Part shown: piece after piece, positions 29,141 through 39,419 of the stretch
Numbering within the stretch: the first letter of the stretch is position 1
Layout of the letters: each line of letters starts with the position of its first letter
NCBI GenBank assembly: GCA_963804995.1
Contig: CAWDSK010000006.1
Location: 1,344,001-1,408,000 of the forward strand
Direction of reading: 5' to 3'
From: an uncultured Acidobacteriota bacterium
GTDB taxonomy: Bacteria; Acidobacteriota; Terriglobia; UBA7540
DNA: 64,000 nt
Position numbers and translations under genes: made by a program
The notes under the pieces: model-generated
Seen by the model: the letters and a program-made list of their open reading frames with translations, nothing else
Told to the model about the DNA's origin: nothing
The model's database searches: none

Positions 29141-29746
29141 ATGTTGAGGAGAACTATCCGCCGCCAGGTATGGCGGGGGCCAAGGGCAGTCGCGGAAATC
29201 AGCTAACAGCTCACAGCCGACAGCTTACAGTTTGTTCCGAGGGCCGACCTCCGTTCGGCCATGGGGTGAACACCTGGCTCGTCACTTGTCACTGAGCCTG
29301 CCCTGAGCCCGTCGAAGGGTCACACGTCACTGCTCTTAGCTTTCGCGGTCATAAAGAAACCGACGCCGCAAAGTCCCACGGCCGACCTGCCCCGATGCAT
29401 CGGGGTCTTGGCCGTGCCCATTCACGGGCGGGACCCCGATGCATCGGGGCAGGTCGGCCGTGGCACAAGCTACGCGCGGGGCCAAGGATGAACCGAGCGG
29501 GACGGGGCTTTAGGGACTGTGTGAAAACGCAGTGTGAAAGGCCCGGGACGCTATGCCTTCGGCATGATAGGCTGAGCCCAAAGTCAGAACTGCGCTGACT
29601 GTGGGCCGTTACGAGTCGCGAGACCGGGCGTGGACCGCGCACCACTCCACAGTCGCCCGGGTAGAATCCACCGGGAGGCAGATAACGCCGTTCGTCTCGC
29701 AACGAACAATTGCGGCCGGGCCCCTGGGGTTCCCGGCCCCCTTCCT

Positions 29747-30001
29747 TTAACGCTTGAAATCCTTACCCCATGTATGGACTCTGTAGTGCTGGCGAAAGTG
29801 GCCATTGTTGTCATGTACCCAAACGTCCCCAGAGCGGGTATCGAAGAACGCGTGTTCACCCCCGCTATACGAGAATTGGATACTGGCGAAGTTTCCCGCC
29901 GCATCGGCGGCCGGGGGTTGAAAGTATGGTCTCAATGCGATCATCCCAAGGAACAAAAGGATGAGCGTGAGGATTGTCTTCGTGTAAAGGTCAATACGCA
30001 T
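29747..30001 (-). CDS. small secreted/membrane hypothetical protein
   Basis: GGAGG RBS; MRIDLYTKTILTLILLFLGMIALRP leader. Confidence 0.7.
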   Translation of the reverse strand: MRIDLYTKTILTLILLFLGMIALRPYFQPPAADAAGNFASIQFSYSGGEHAFFDTRSGDVWVHDNNGHFRQHYRVHTWGKDFKR

Positions 30002-30142
30002 GTGAGCGCCTCCAAGTAGGGATTTCGATTTTTCTCCCGAGTTCGAATGAGCCCACACCCGATTGCCTCAGGAGCTGCCAATAACATCGGGCGTGTTTGA
30101 TCAAACCTGGGCCGGTTTTCAGGAGCCGCGGCTGCGAGCTGC

Positions 30143-30367
30143 TCAGCGGCCGAAGAGCCCAAGCAGCCCAACCAGGATGAGGTAACAGCCCACGATATAT
30201 CTGAGGAGCTTGGGGAAAATCAAAATCATGATGCCTGCGGCCAGAGAAACCAACGGCGAAAACGAAGTGTAGTGCAGCGTAAAGGAGCCGCCCCTGGTCT
30301 GCGCGAGAGCCGTGGTGGTCAACAAACTGAATAGGACTATAGAGGTAACCCCTGCTTTGAGTTTCAA
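30143..30367 (-). CDS. DUF3096-like small membrane protein
   Basis: AGGAGG RBS and TTG start; LVSLAAGIMILIFPKLLRYIVGCYLILVGLLG. Confidence 0.65.
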   Translation of the reverse strand: MKLKAGVTSIVLFSLLTTTALAQTRGGSFTLHYTSFSPLVSLAAGIMILIFPKLLRYIVGCYLILVGLLGLFGR

Positions 30368-30632
30368 TCCACACCTCCTGTTACAAACCAAGCGTTGCGC
30401 AGGCCTGTTCGGTAGGTCCGCGGCTTTCTGGTATCAAGGGGGGACGAACCGCAGACCTTCAAGACAGGTCCGCGCTACACCTGCTCCTCGGCGGGGCGGG
30501 CGCCCAGGTAGCATCGCATAACGGCGGCAACTGTCTGTTCAATTTTGCTCACGATGAGCAGATCTGTAACTGCTAGCCTGGATTTCTCACTGCGGCTTTG
30601 GAAGGGGGCGTTGATGTAGTGCCACGGGGCGG

Positions 30633-30874
30633 GTAGCCACGGTCAGCGCATTTCTGACCGTGGGCTTTTCCCTCGATGACAAACCGGAGTGCATGCACCT
30701 GTTGGCAAGGGGCCGACGAAGCGGGATTCGGGAAACGGGGCTCGGGATTTGGGATTCGGGGTTCACAACTCAGAACTAACTGTTAGCTGTCGGCTTACTT
30801 GACGACGTGCTATTTTCGCCGGGGTACCGTGCACGAGAAGAGCCCACGGTCAGAACTGCACTGACCGTGGCTAC
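30633..30874. repeat. GTAG-type REP doublet (REPIN-like)
   Basis: GTAGCCACGGTCAG...CTGACCGTGGGCT and its inverse at 30841-30874; related copy near 29575-29608. Confidence 0.75.
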
Positions 30875-30997
30875 GCGCTTGCTTCGAAGTTGATCGCCGC
30901 CCTGATCAAACTTGTGGGGCACGAAGCTTTAGCTCTGGCGGATAGCCGGCCGGCGGCAGGAATGGGGCCCCGGGCGAAAAGCCGAGGCAATCCCTAA

Positions 30998-31723
30998 CTA
31001 ATTGTGCAGGACAACGCTCATGAGGCCGCTGTTTACCGTCAACCCGCCGTTGCCCGCGTAATCGATAAAGCCCATGGTGCGGAACTTGTTCATGAAATGA
31101 CTGACCCGCGACCGGGTGGTGCCCACCATTTGGGCCAGGTGTTCCTGATTGATTCCGGGATGGACGGTTTCGGTTCTGCTTTCCTTGCCAAAATGCGCCA
31201 GCAATAAGAGAATCCGGGCCAGGCGCTTCTCGCTGGAGTTGAAAAGCTGGTCGACCAGATCCTCTTCAAATCGAATGTTGCGGGTAAGCAGGTGCGTCAT
31301 GAACAATTCCGAGACACCCTGCTGCTCGTGAAGCAGACGCACCATCAGCGACTTCTCGATCCTGTAAAGGGTGCAATCCGTCACCGCGGTCGCCCTTGCG
31401 ATGCGCAACGGCTGGCCGGCCAGGCATCCCTCACCAAAGAACTCGTTGTCACCCAGAACCGTGACGATCGCTTCCTTGCCTTCTTGGGATGTCACCGCGA
31501 GTTTCACCTCGCCATGCTGAAGATAGAACACGGAATCCGCAAGGTCTCCCTGCGCAAAGATCGTGCGGTTCGCGCCATATTCTAGAACCGATTTCCCGCG
31601 CGTGATTCCTGCGAGGAATGCCTGCCAATCGACAGGCTGAGTCATCCCGTTTGCTGTAGCCGGTGCAGGCTTGCCTTTGCCCATGGCCCTGACAATCTTA
31701 GACTGGCTCTTCTGTGGCTTCAT
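30998..31723 (-). CDS. Crp/Fnr family transcriptional regulator
   Basis: FAQGD, FFGEGCL, EKRLAR.LL, QEHLAQMVGTTRSRVS HTH. Confidence 0.93.
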   Translation of the reverse strand: MKPQKSQSKIVRAMGKGKPAPATANGMTQPVDWQAFLAGITRGKSVLEYGANRTIFAQGDLADSVFYLQHGEVKLAVTSQEGKEAIVTVLGDNEFFGEGCLAGQPLRIARATAVTDCTLYRIEKSLMVRLLHEQQGVSELFMTHLLTRNIRFEEDLVDQLFNSSEKRLARILLLLAHFGKESRTETVHPGINQEHLAQMVGTTRSRVSHFMNKFRTMGFIDYAGNGGLTVNSGLMSVVLHN

Positions 31724-31839
31724 AACAGCCTTTCCTTTCTCCGTACTGACGGCGAATCCGTGGACTTCAGCATGGAAAATGCACGCAATAACACCGATTT
31801 GGATCTTCGATCCTGAACTCTAGTTATCCACTGGCTGAG

Positions 31840-31882
31840 ATGGTAGCCTTCGCAGAAGGCCCTGTCGGTAGGCTGCCGAACA
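31840..31882 (-). promoter_or_regulatory. shared motif plus -10 box upstream of Crp gene 1
   Basis: TGTTCGG-N6-ACCGAC, 18 bp, TACCAT. Confidence 0.55.
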
Positions 31883-31933
31883 CTGGCAGGGAATATTAAA
31901 GGATCTCATCGATCGTCGTCTTTCCGGCAGTAT

Positions 31934-32713
31934 TCACGCGTCCGGCTTGAAAGTCTTTCCTTGACGCAGTGGTCCTTCGCCAAACCTGTCCTCCCGGATA
32001 GCTGCGTAACACTCGCAGGCGCTCTCTTCAAGCTTCGCGCGGCTCAGAATCTGTACTCCGCCACGAGTCCACTTGATAACTCCCTTTTTCTGCAATATTC
32101 CGGCTGCCAAGCTCACCGTAGGTCGGTCTGTCCCTAGCATCGTGGCCAGGAAATCCTGCGTGATGGCGAACGTCGGGGAATCCACCCTGTCCTGAGTGAT
32201 CAGTAGCCAGCGTGAAAAGCGCTGTTCGATATTGTGAAGTCGATTGCACGCGGCGGTTTGAGCCATTTGCATCCAGTGAGTTACTGCATACCGAGTCAGA
32301 ATCTGTTGAAGTTGTGGACTTGACCGCAAGACTCTTTGCAATTCGTCGACTCTCACCCTGAACCCATCTCCGCCGATTTGTACGACCTCACGCACTTGGC
32401 TCTTCCTCATGCCCACCGCCGCCGGTATCCCTGCAAACCCTTCCTTTCCTACTTCACCTACTTCCACCGTCCTTCCGTCTTCCGTCTCAATGACCAGAGA
32501 CACCATGCCTGCATTCGGAAAATACACAAACTCCAGTGGATCGTTCGGTTCGTAAAGGCTGAGCTGGTGAGGCATGCTGAGGAACTCTAAGTGAGGACGG
32601 ATGGCGCGGTATTCTTTGTCGGAAACCGACAGAAGGACCCGGTTGTTTATCGGCTTCCCAATAGGATTTGTCCGTTCGCCTGCCTTCGCTGTTTGATAGT
32701 CTTTTTTTGCCAC
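31934..32713 (-). CDS. Crp/Fnr family transcriptional regulator
   Basis: VYFP..GMVS, QTAACNRLH..EQR..RWLL, TQDFLATMLG..R.TVS. Confidence 0.92.
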   Translation of the reverse strand: MAKKDYQTAKAGERTNPIGKPINNRVLLSVSDKEYRAIRPHLEFLSMPHQLSLYEPNDPLEFVYFPNAGMVSLVIETEDGRTVEVGEVGKEGFAGIPAAVGMRKSQVREVVQIGGDGFRVRVDELQRVLRSSPQLQQILTRYAVTHWMQMAQTAACNRLHNIEQRFSRWLLITQDRVDSPTFAITQDFLATMLGTDRPTVSLAAGILQKKGVIKWTRGGVQILSRAKLEESACECYAAIREDRFGEGPLRQGKTFKPDA

Positions 32714-32894
32714 AGAAGTCCTTTGCCATGCTGGATTTGTTTGCCCGAAAGGGTTCGGCTTTCTTGGGACCGCCTAATGCGCTTAAATTATGAGCTACCG
32801 CATCTGCGGGGGGCTGGCTCCTCTTTACAAACGAAGCCGGGAAAACGTCATGCGCTTCCCCACCAAAGCCTGACGGGCAGCTAGAAGCACACAC

Positions 32895-33008
32895 TTTATA
32901 CCCAAAGGTGTTTAGCGCGTCGGTTTGATACCAAACACACGTTAGGTCAAGATTATACAGTCATGTGTGCGTAATGGAGCAGACACGCGTCTCCGCCGCT
33001 TCTATCAT
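32895..33008. promoter_or_regulatory. divergent pair of motif plus -10 promoters
   Basis: minus: TGTTTGG-N6-ACCGAC, 18 bp, TATAAA; plus: TGTGCGT-N6-GCAGAC, 18 bp, TATCAT. Confidence 0.55.
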
Positions 33009-33060
33009 GATGTTTAGGGGAAGAATAAGAAGTAATTCCTCTCACCATTAAAGAGTGTAT

Positions 33061-33204
33061 ATGGGAAGCATAAGGAAACCTAGGAACGAATCTGACAAAG
33101 CGACGCTCGCCCGCATCACGAAAGAAATGGCGCAGCCCCGCATCGCCAAGTCCGCGAAAAAGGGGAGCTTGAGCCCGACAAGACTCGCAGTGGCCGCGTC
33201 ATAA
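33061..33204 (+). CDS. small basic hypothetical protein (47 aa)
   Basis: MGSIRKPRNESDKATLARITKEMAQPRIAKSAKKGSLSPTRLAVAAS downstream of a candidate promoter; weak RBS. Confidence 0.35.
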   Translation: MGSIRKPRNESDKATLARITKEMAQPRIAKSAKKGSLSPTRLAVAAS

Positions 33205-33385
33205 CCGTTAGTCGGCGCAGTTCCCTCCCGAGCTATATTGCTCGGCATCCTGCCGAGCGGGTCAGTGCAGTTCTGCGTGGGATTTTCTCATGCCCGACAC
33301 CTCAGCGGCAAACGCATGTGGTCAATCGGGATGGGGCATGGTGCTGAGGAAAAGCTTTCAGCTTTCAGCTCTCAGCTATCAGATC

Positions 33386-33467
33386 GCTTGTAGCGCGGGT
33401 GTCCTCACCCGCGTCTTCGAGGTAACGAGACACGTAAAGCGCGGGTGGGGACACCCGCGCTACAAGC
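33386..33467. repeat. GTAG-type REP doublet
   Basis: GCTTGTAGCGCGGGTGTCCTCACCCGCG ... CGCGGGTGGGGACACCCGCGCTACAAGC. Confidence 0.8.
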
Positions 33468-33599
33468 TCACAGCCGACAGCCCACAGTCAGTTCCGAGTC
33501 CCGATTCCAGATTCGGGATCGCCGAACCCCGTATCCCGACGCGCGTATCCCGAACCCCGTGTCCCGTTTCCCGTATCCCGCCCCCCGAGACCTTGCTTT

Positions 33600-33690
33600 C
33601 AGACAATTAGACGCCCCTATTTACGATTTGGGCTACCGGAAGCCCATCTGCATATATCTTTCTTGACAATGGCCGGGTCCCTGCTAGCCT
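33600..33690 (+). promoter_or_regulatory. palindrome plus promoter module C
   Basis: AGACAATTAG; GGGCTACCGGAAGCCC at 33630-33645; 17 bp; TTGACA at 33663-33668; candidate TGcTAGCCT. Confidence 0.7.
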
Positions 33691-33860
33691 ATTAAATGGA
33701 GAATTGTGTCGTGGTGAAGTCGAGCACCCTAAAGGCACCCGGAACGCGCCGCGGAAATCGCGCCCTGCCATGCCGACGCCTTGCTGATGCGTCAAATGCA
33801 AGATGGCAACCGGCGGGAAGTCCACCCACTCACCAACCCGCTGCTGAAAATCTAATGCTC

Positions 33861-34173
33861 AGAGCGCAAAATGGAATCCTGGGAAGCGAGCGACGGGGAC
33901 CTCCTAACCCACGATATACTAGAAAACAAAGCTACTTAGGGGCGGAATGGTAGAAATGTCAAAACACCTATGTATTTGAAATCAAATAACATAGCGCGTG
34001 ACGACGGCGTGGGGGCAGCGAGAAGGGGGAATTAAAAATGAAGGTTAAACCCACGATGTTGTTGAAAACAAAGAAAGAAGGAAGTGACATTTTGACTAAT
34101 GCCACGATGTTTATGGAAAATAAGCTAGTTAGTGTTGCTAACCCACGATGTTGTTGAAAATAAAGGATTAAGT
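33861..34173 (+). repeat. AT-rich degenerate repeat array C (5 units)
   Basis: CCCACGATATACTAGAAAACAAAG, CCTATGTATTTGAAATCAAA, CCCACGATGTTGTTGAAAACAAAG, GCCACGATGTTTATGGAAAATAAG, CCCACGATGTTGTTGAAAATAAAG. Confidence 0.9.
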
Positions 34174-34404
34174 CATCTGACGCGAAGTCGATGCGGTGTT
34201 GTCTGGAGGCTCGTGGCGTGCCGCTGCCGGTACCGGACCTCAGATTGAGGCTTCCCCAAAACTCGACGAGGGCCTTCAGAAAATCATTGACGCGCTGGTG
34301 GACTAAATGTAGTTTGGGCTCCTCAGCGCAATTAAGGCAGCAGGCAGCGAGCGCTCTAGCCTTTTGCGCGTGGGCATTCAGGGCAAATCAGGGGGTCCGA
34401 ATCT

Positions 34405-36114
34405 ATGCTCCAAATCATTCGCTCCGCGAAGGTTTTTGATGTGTGCGTGATCGGCTCCGGGGCGGCGGGTGGCGCCGCTGCAAAGGTGCTGACCGAGGGC
34501 GGCCTGAACGTCGTATTGCTCGAAGCCGGGCCTCCGCTGAATCCAGGGACCGATTACCCGGAACACGTGTGGCCGTACGAATTGGCGCATCGCGGGGCGG
34601 GCATCGGCGGGGCAGGCTTCGAGGATTTCGGGCGCACAGAGTTGATGGCCCCCAACGGTTCCTGGACGATCGAGGGTGAGCCGTACACCAGCGCCCCCGG
34701 GACCGAATTCCGCTGGTTTCGCTCGCGTATTGTGGGCGGGCGCACGAACCATTGGGGACGCATCGCGCTGCGTTTTGCCGAGGTGGATTTTCGTTCGCGC
34801 TCGACGGACGGCCGCGGCGACGATTGGCCGGTCAGCTATCAGGATATTGCCCCGTACTACGACAAGGTGGAAGCCTCTGTGGGAGTCTACGGCAGCCGCG
34901 AGGGAATCCCCAGCGCTCCCGATGGAGTGTTCCAGCAGCCGCCCAAACCCCGGTGCACGGAAGTGATGGTCAAGCGCGCCTGCGACCAGCTAAAAATCCT
35001 CTGCGTGCCGGCGCGCATGGCAATCCTGACCCAGCCTCTGAACGGGCGCCCGGCGTGCCATTACTGCGATCAGTGCGGACGGGGCTGCAAGACGGCGTCA
35101 AACTTCAGCTCAAGCCAGGTCTTGATTCCTCCCGCCCAAGCTACAGGACGCCTGACGCTCAAGACCAACGCCATGGCGCGTGAAATCCTGGTGAACGACG
35201 AAGGGAAGGCGACGGGCGTTTCCTACATCGACCGCACCACCCGCCAGGAGCAGCAGGTCCGCGCCAAGGCCGTGGTGGTGGGAGCGAGCACGGGCGAATC
35301 CACTCGGCTGCTGCTGAATTCCAAATCCCGGCGCTTTCCGAATGGCCTCGCGAACTCTTCCGGCGTGGTGGGGCGCTACCTGATGGATTCGGTGGGCAGC
35401 GACGGCCATGGGCATGTGCCCTTGCTTGAAAAGATGCCGCCCCACAATCACGATGGCACGGGCGGCATGCACCTCTACATCCCCTGGTGGAAATTCGACC
35501 GGAAGAATGAGTTTCTGCGCGGCTATCACATTGAGTTTGGCGGCGGCCGCCACATGCCCGGCGTGGGCCAATTCCACGGCGTCTGCCACAGTTATGAAGG
35601 TTACGGTCTGGGGCTGAAGCAGCAGTGCCACAAGATGTATGGCACATCGATTGGACTGTCGGGCCGCGGGGAGATGATCCCCAACCAGGACACCTACTGC
35701 GAGATCGACCCCAGCGTCGTGGATGAGTGGGGGATTCCCGTGCTGCGCTTCCATTTCAAGTGGGGAGAAAATGAAATCAAGATGGCGCGCGATATGCAGG
35801 AAACTTTTCGCGCCATCGTGGAAGCGGCGGGCGGTACCTATCAGGCGCACGCAGAACCCACTGGAGATTTTCCATACGGCATCAGTAAGGGTGGCGAGAT
35901 TATCCATGAGGTGGGAACCGTGCGCATGGGGAAGGATCCCAAAACCTCAGCGCTGAATGGATTCTGCCAGTCGCACGACGTGAAAAACCTTTTCGTGACC
36001 GACGGCGCGTGCTTTGTGACCATGCCGGATAAGAATCCCACGCTAACGATTCTGGCGCTTTCCTGGCGAGCGTCGGAGTATTTGCTGGAAGAGGCGAGGA
36101 AGGGGAATCTGTGA
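34405..36114 (+). CDS. GMC family flavoprotein oxidoreductase
   Basis: VIGSGAAGG, GGRTNHW, C..C..C..GC, HEVGT.RMG, NPTLTILAL. Confidence 0.93.
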   Translation: MLQIIRSAKVFDVCVIGSGAAGGAAAKVLTEGGLNVVLLEAGPPLNPGTDYPEHVWPYELAHRGAGIGGAGFEDFGRTELMAPNGSWTIEGEPYTSAPGTEFRWFRSRIVGGRTNHWGRIALRFAEVDFRSRSTDGRGDDWPVSYQDIAPYYDKVEASVGVYGSREGIPSAPDGVFQQPPKPRCTEVMVKRACDQLKILCVPARMAILTQPLNGRPACHYCDQCGRGCKTASNFSSSQVLIPPAQATGRLTLKTNAMAREILVNDEGKATGVSYIDRTTRQEQQVRAKAVVVGASTGESTRLLLNSKSRRFPNGLANSSGVVGRYLMDSVGSDGHGHVPLLEKMPPHNHDGTGGMHLYIPWWKFDRKNEFLRGYHIEFGGGRHMPGVGQFHGVCHSYEGYGLGLKQQCHKMYGTSIGLSGRGEMIPNQDTYCEIDPSVVDEWGIPVLRFHFKWGENEIKMARDMQETFRAIVEAAGGTYQAHAEPTGDFPYGISKGGEIIHEVGTVRMGKDPKTSALNGFCQSHDVKNLFVTDGACFVTMPDKNPTLTILALSWRASEYLLEEARKGNL

Positions 36115-36710
36115 TGTCCACTCACATCTCCCGTCGCGATGTCTTGAGAGGCTTGACGATGGGCGTGTCGGCGGGGTCGGTGCTGCGCATGATCCCCGTC
36201 CAGGCCGCGGAGCACGTGCACAATCTGCTCAAGGAGGAGCGCGCCAAAACACCGGGCGGTGCTTACACGCCGAAGTTTTTTCCGCCACATCAGTACCAGA
36301 CGCTTCAGGCGCTGTGTCAGATGATTATTCCTCCTGACGCGCAGGCGGGTGGGGCACTGGAAGCAGGCACGCCTGAATTCATCGATCTGTTGACGAGTGA
36401 AAATCGGGATTACCAACTCAAGCTGGGGGGCGGAATCGCCTGGCTTGATTCCACCTGCGACGACCGATACGGGAAGGCGTTTCTCGATTGTGCGGCCCCA
36501 CAACAGAAAGAAATTTTGGATCTGATCGCTTACCGCGCCAGTGCCAGAAAGGATCCGGCGCTCGGCCCGGGCGTTGAGTTCTTCGCTTTCCTGCGTGATC
36601 TTACCGCCGACGGCTTTTTCACCAGTGAAATCGGCATCAACTATTTGCAGTACATCGGCAACACCTACCTTGCCGAATTCCCCGGCTGCCCACCGTTGCC
36701 GGAGGGCTGA
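36114..36710 (+). CDS. gluconate 2-dehydrogenase subunit 3 family protein (Tat)
   Basis: SRRDVL, IIP.D...GA, FID, GFFTSEIG..L.Y.GN. Confidence 0.88.
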   Translation: MSTHISRRDVLRGLTMGVSAGSVLRMIPVQAAEHVHNLLKEERAKTPGGAYTPKFFPPHQYQTLQALCQMIIPPDAQAGGALEAGTPEFIDLLTSENRDYQLKLGGGIAWLDSTCDDRYGKAFLDCAAPQQKEILDLIAYRASARKDPALGPGVEFFAFLRDLTADGFFTSEIGINYLQYIGNTYLAEFPGCPPLPEG

Positions 36711-36800
36711 CGTCCGCCGCTTGGAGGAGAAACAGAAGAACTCCAGTCGGCCAACGGAAAGTTATGGCGTGTGGGAGCATGCCCATTTAGAATTCCAAGC

Positions 36801-37292
36801 ATGATGCGGACAAAGGGCATTTTTCTTTTCACTCTCATCTGGGGATTCTCTACTTTGATGATGGCACAGGATAATCCTACTTTCCCAGCGACCAGCCAAG
36901 CCACGCGCCCAACCGCGACAATCAAGAAACCCGAAGCGCCGCATCGCTTTTGGGACCGTGAGAACGACTGGCTCTTCGCCGGAGTCACGGGCGCACGGAT
37001 GCTCGACTACGCTTCCACGCGGCACTTCCGCGACCAGGGTAATAATGAAGTATTGCTGAGCAACTCTGTCGTGGATAACAAACCGCTTTTTGTGGGAATT
37101 GAGCTGGCGGGCGCGGCGGTGTCAGTGGGCGTGTCTTACCTCTGCCACCGCACGGGCCACCATCGCGCCGAGCGCTGGGTTTCCATCGCACACATCGGGG
37201 TGGCGGTAGGCGGCTCAATTCACAACTACACCCTCAAACCACCTGCCCCGCAAGCCCAGCCCGCGCTGGCGATTCAATCTGGCGCGAATTAG
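36801..37292 (+). CDS. hypothetical secreted/membrane protein
   Basis: signal peptide; HRFWDREN, D..ST..F, H.TGHH..ER. Confidence 0.7.
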   Translation: MMRTKGIFLFTLIWGFSTLMMAQDNPTFPATSQATRPTATIKKPEAPHRFWDRENDWLFAGVTGARMLDYASTRHFRDQGNNEVLLSNSVVDNKPLFVGIELAGAAVSVGVSYLCHRTGHHRAERWVSIAHIGVAVGGSIHNYTLKPPAPQAQPALAIQSGAN

Positions 37293-37404
37293 TATCGGGC
37301 GGTATTTGATGATTCCGAACGGAGTACTCATCCAGACCATGAAATAACCCGCATATCTTTCAAGTTCTCGCGCATTCTGCCGAAAAGATAGAGGAGGGCC
37401 CTAA

Positions 37405-39419
37405 CCGAACTTTCGCACTTCAGGGTGTTGAGTTGGGTTAACTCGCTTCTTTTCAGTACAGGCATTGCCAAGGTCTGGCCTACAAACGCAGCATTCCAGC
37501 AGGAAAGATTTCCGGCTGGACCGTGATCCTGGGCGGTGGCTGAGTGGGGAGCACGAGCTGCAGTTCGTGCAACAGGAGCTTTTGTTCGGGTGTCGGCTCG
37601 GTGTAGCGGGGCATCACTAATCGGCGCCCATCCGTGGTCGGGAAAGACACATCGAGCATCTGCATGCCCGCCAGCTTCTCCAGCACCGCTTTCGGCGTCA
37701 GGCCCGGAGCGTGGGCCTGCAGACGCTGTTTCAGCGTCACCCACAAGCCGTACGCCAGAAAGGCAATGAGGATGTGGGCCTCGACGCGATGTTCTATTTG
37801 ATGATAAATCGGCCGAATTCCCAGCTCACTCTTCAAACACTTAAAGGCCGCTTCGATCTGCGCCAGTTGCATGTAGCGGTCCCACAACACCTCGGGATTT
37901 TCCCCCGTCAGATTGGTGCGCAACAGATAATGTCCATCGCGCCGCTCCGCTTCCTCCAACTTGCTGCGCTCGAGCCGGAACTGGAAGGTCTGGCGAGTCA
38001 CTTCTTCCTGGGCCTTGGGCACGCTGATCTTCACGAAACCGAAGGCCCGTCCGGCTTCACTCTTGGCTGCTCCGATCTTCATCAGCAACGCATCACGCGT
38101 CGGACACACGCGCCGCAAGGCCCGCAGCCTCCACAACAGCCGTGCCAGCTTGCGTCGACGGATGGCCATCTCTTTCGCCTGGCGGCCTGCGCTCTTCGCC
38201 AGCACATACAACTCGCCTTCCTCCGCGAACAGTTTCACCTCTACCGACTCGCGCACCTTCCGCCACGGCAGTTCCGTCCACTTCGCTTCGTACTGCCGGA
38301 TCTTGCCCCGTGGCGTCCCCACCAGGTAAAACATCTCCCGCCCCGGGGTGCGCATCTCCGCCAGCAGTTCTTCACTGGGAACTCCCCGATCCATCATCCA
38401 CACCCGCCGTGCCTTGCCGTACACGCTCTCGATCTTGTCCAGAAAACCGCGCAAGCTGTTCCGGTCGGAAGTATTCCCCTCCATCACTTCGTAGGCCAGC
38501 GGGAAACCTTCCGGCGTCAGCACCAGGGCGATCACCACCTGCCGACAGTCGAACCGCCCGTCCCGGCTGTAACCGTGGCGGGCTTTGGGAATCGCTTCCG
38601 CCTCTCCTTCCACATAGGTGCTGGTGAGATCGTAGAGGAGCAGATCAAAGCGCGCCGCAAAGAGGTCTTGCCACCGCAGCCGCAGGTGCTGGAACAACTC
38701 CGCCTTGTGCGCCAGTATTCGATCCAGACAACGATAGAGCCGGTCCTTCTCGGCCACCGCGAAGTTCACTGCCAGCAACTCGGCCATGGCGGTCTGATCG
38801 AACCAGTGCCGATGCACACGGAATTCGCTGCCCGGCTCGATCAACCGGTTCACCACCAGCAGCCGTAGCACCTTCTCCCACGGAACTCCCTCGCGCCCTT
38901 CCGGCAACCTCGCCTGCCAGAACTCGTCCAGCTTCAACTGGCGCCACAGCTCGCAGCCCAACCAACAGCCACCGAAGGTGCGCGGCCGCTCAACGCGCAT
39001 TTCACTCAACTTCACTTGTACGCCGTCCACAGCATCCGCAGGAAGTTCGCGGTCCTCCGGGAAGAGGCTCAGGGACGCGAGGACGCGACGGTCCTCGTCA
39101 AAAACCTCCAGCGTCTTGCGCCACGCGGATTGTTGGCTGTCGTTGATTTCGCCCAGATACAGCACCGTCCGATGCACGACCTTCGAGCGCGACACGCGCC
39201 GACTCTCGACGATGCTGAAATAACGATGTTCCTTGCCGTCCTTTTTGCGTCGATGAATCTTCAGGTGCACGCCCCAGAATGCCAGACCTTCGCGCCCCAG
39301 AAAAGAGGGTAGGTCGGGCCTACAAGCACTCTTCAACCCGCGCCCATTGAAGGCAAAGACCTTGTGCACCGCAAGCTGCCAAAATCAGCCCGGTAGCGGG
39401 TGGAAGTGCGAAAGGCAGG
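37405..39419 (-). mobile_element. IS1634-family element, copy 1
   Basis: 17-bp imperfect TIRs (CCnnnCTTTCGCACTTC); CTAA duplicated at 37401-37404 and 39420-39423. Confidence 0.9.
37480..39270 (-). CDS. IS1634-family DDE transposase
   Basis: LYDLTSTY.EG, GYSRD.R.D..QV, MDRG, IEAAFKCLKSEL.IRPIYH; probable GTG start. Confidence 0.92.
   Translation of the reverse strand: MHLKIHRRKKDGKEHRYFSIVESRRVSRSKVVHRTVLYLGEINDSQQSAWRKTLEVFDEDRRVLASLSLFPEDRELPADAVDGVQVKLSEMRVERPRTFGGCWLGCELWRQLKLDEFWQARLPEGREGVPWEKVLRLLVVNRLIEPGSEFRVHRHWFDQTAMAELLAVNFAVAEKDRLYRCLDRILAHKAELFQHLRLRWQDLFAARFDLLLYDLTSTYVEGEAEAIPKARHGYSRDGRFDCRQVVIALVLTPEGFPLAYEVMEGNTSDRNSLRGFLDKIESVYGKARRVWMMDRGVPSEELLAEMRTPGREMFYLVGTPRGKIRQYEAKWTELPWRKVRESVEVKLFAEEGELYVLAKSAGRQAKEMAIRRRKLARLLWRLRALRRVCPTRDALLMKIGAAKSEAGRAFGFVKISVPKAQEEVTRQTFQFRLERSKLEEAERRDGHYLLRTNLTGENPEVLWDRYMQLAQIEAAFKCLKSELGIRPIYHQIEHRVEAHILIAFLAYGLWVTLKQRLQAHAPGLTPKAVLEKLAGMQMLDVSFPTTDGRRLVMPRYTEPTPEQKLLLHELQLVLPTQPPPRITVQPEIFPAGMLRL

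Noticed and set aside
29511..29528. IS-like end TAGGGACTGTGTGAAAAC
   Set aside because: No partner inverted repeat or transposase found nearby.
33861..34173. CRISPR array
   Set aside because: Units are degenerate, spacing is irregular (about 40-86 bp) and no cas genes are present.
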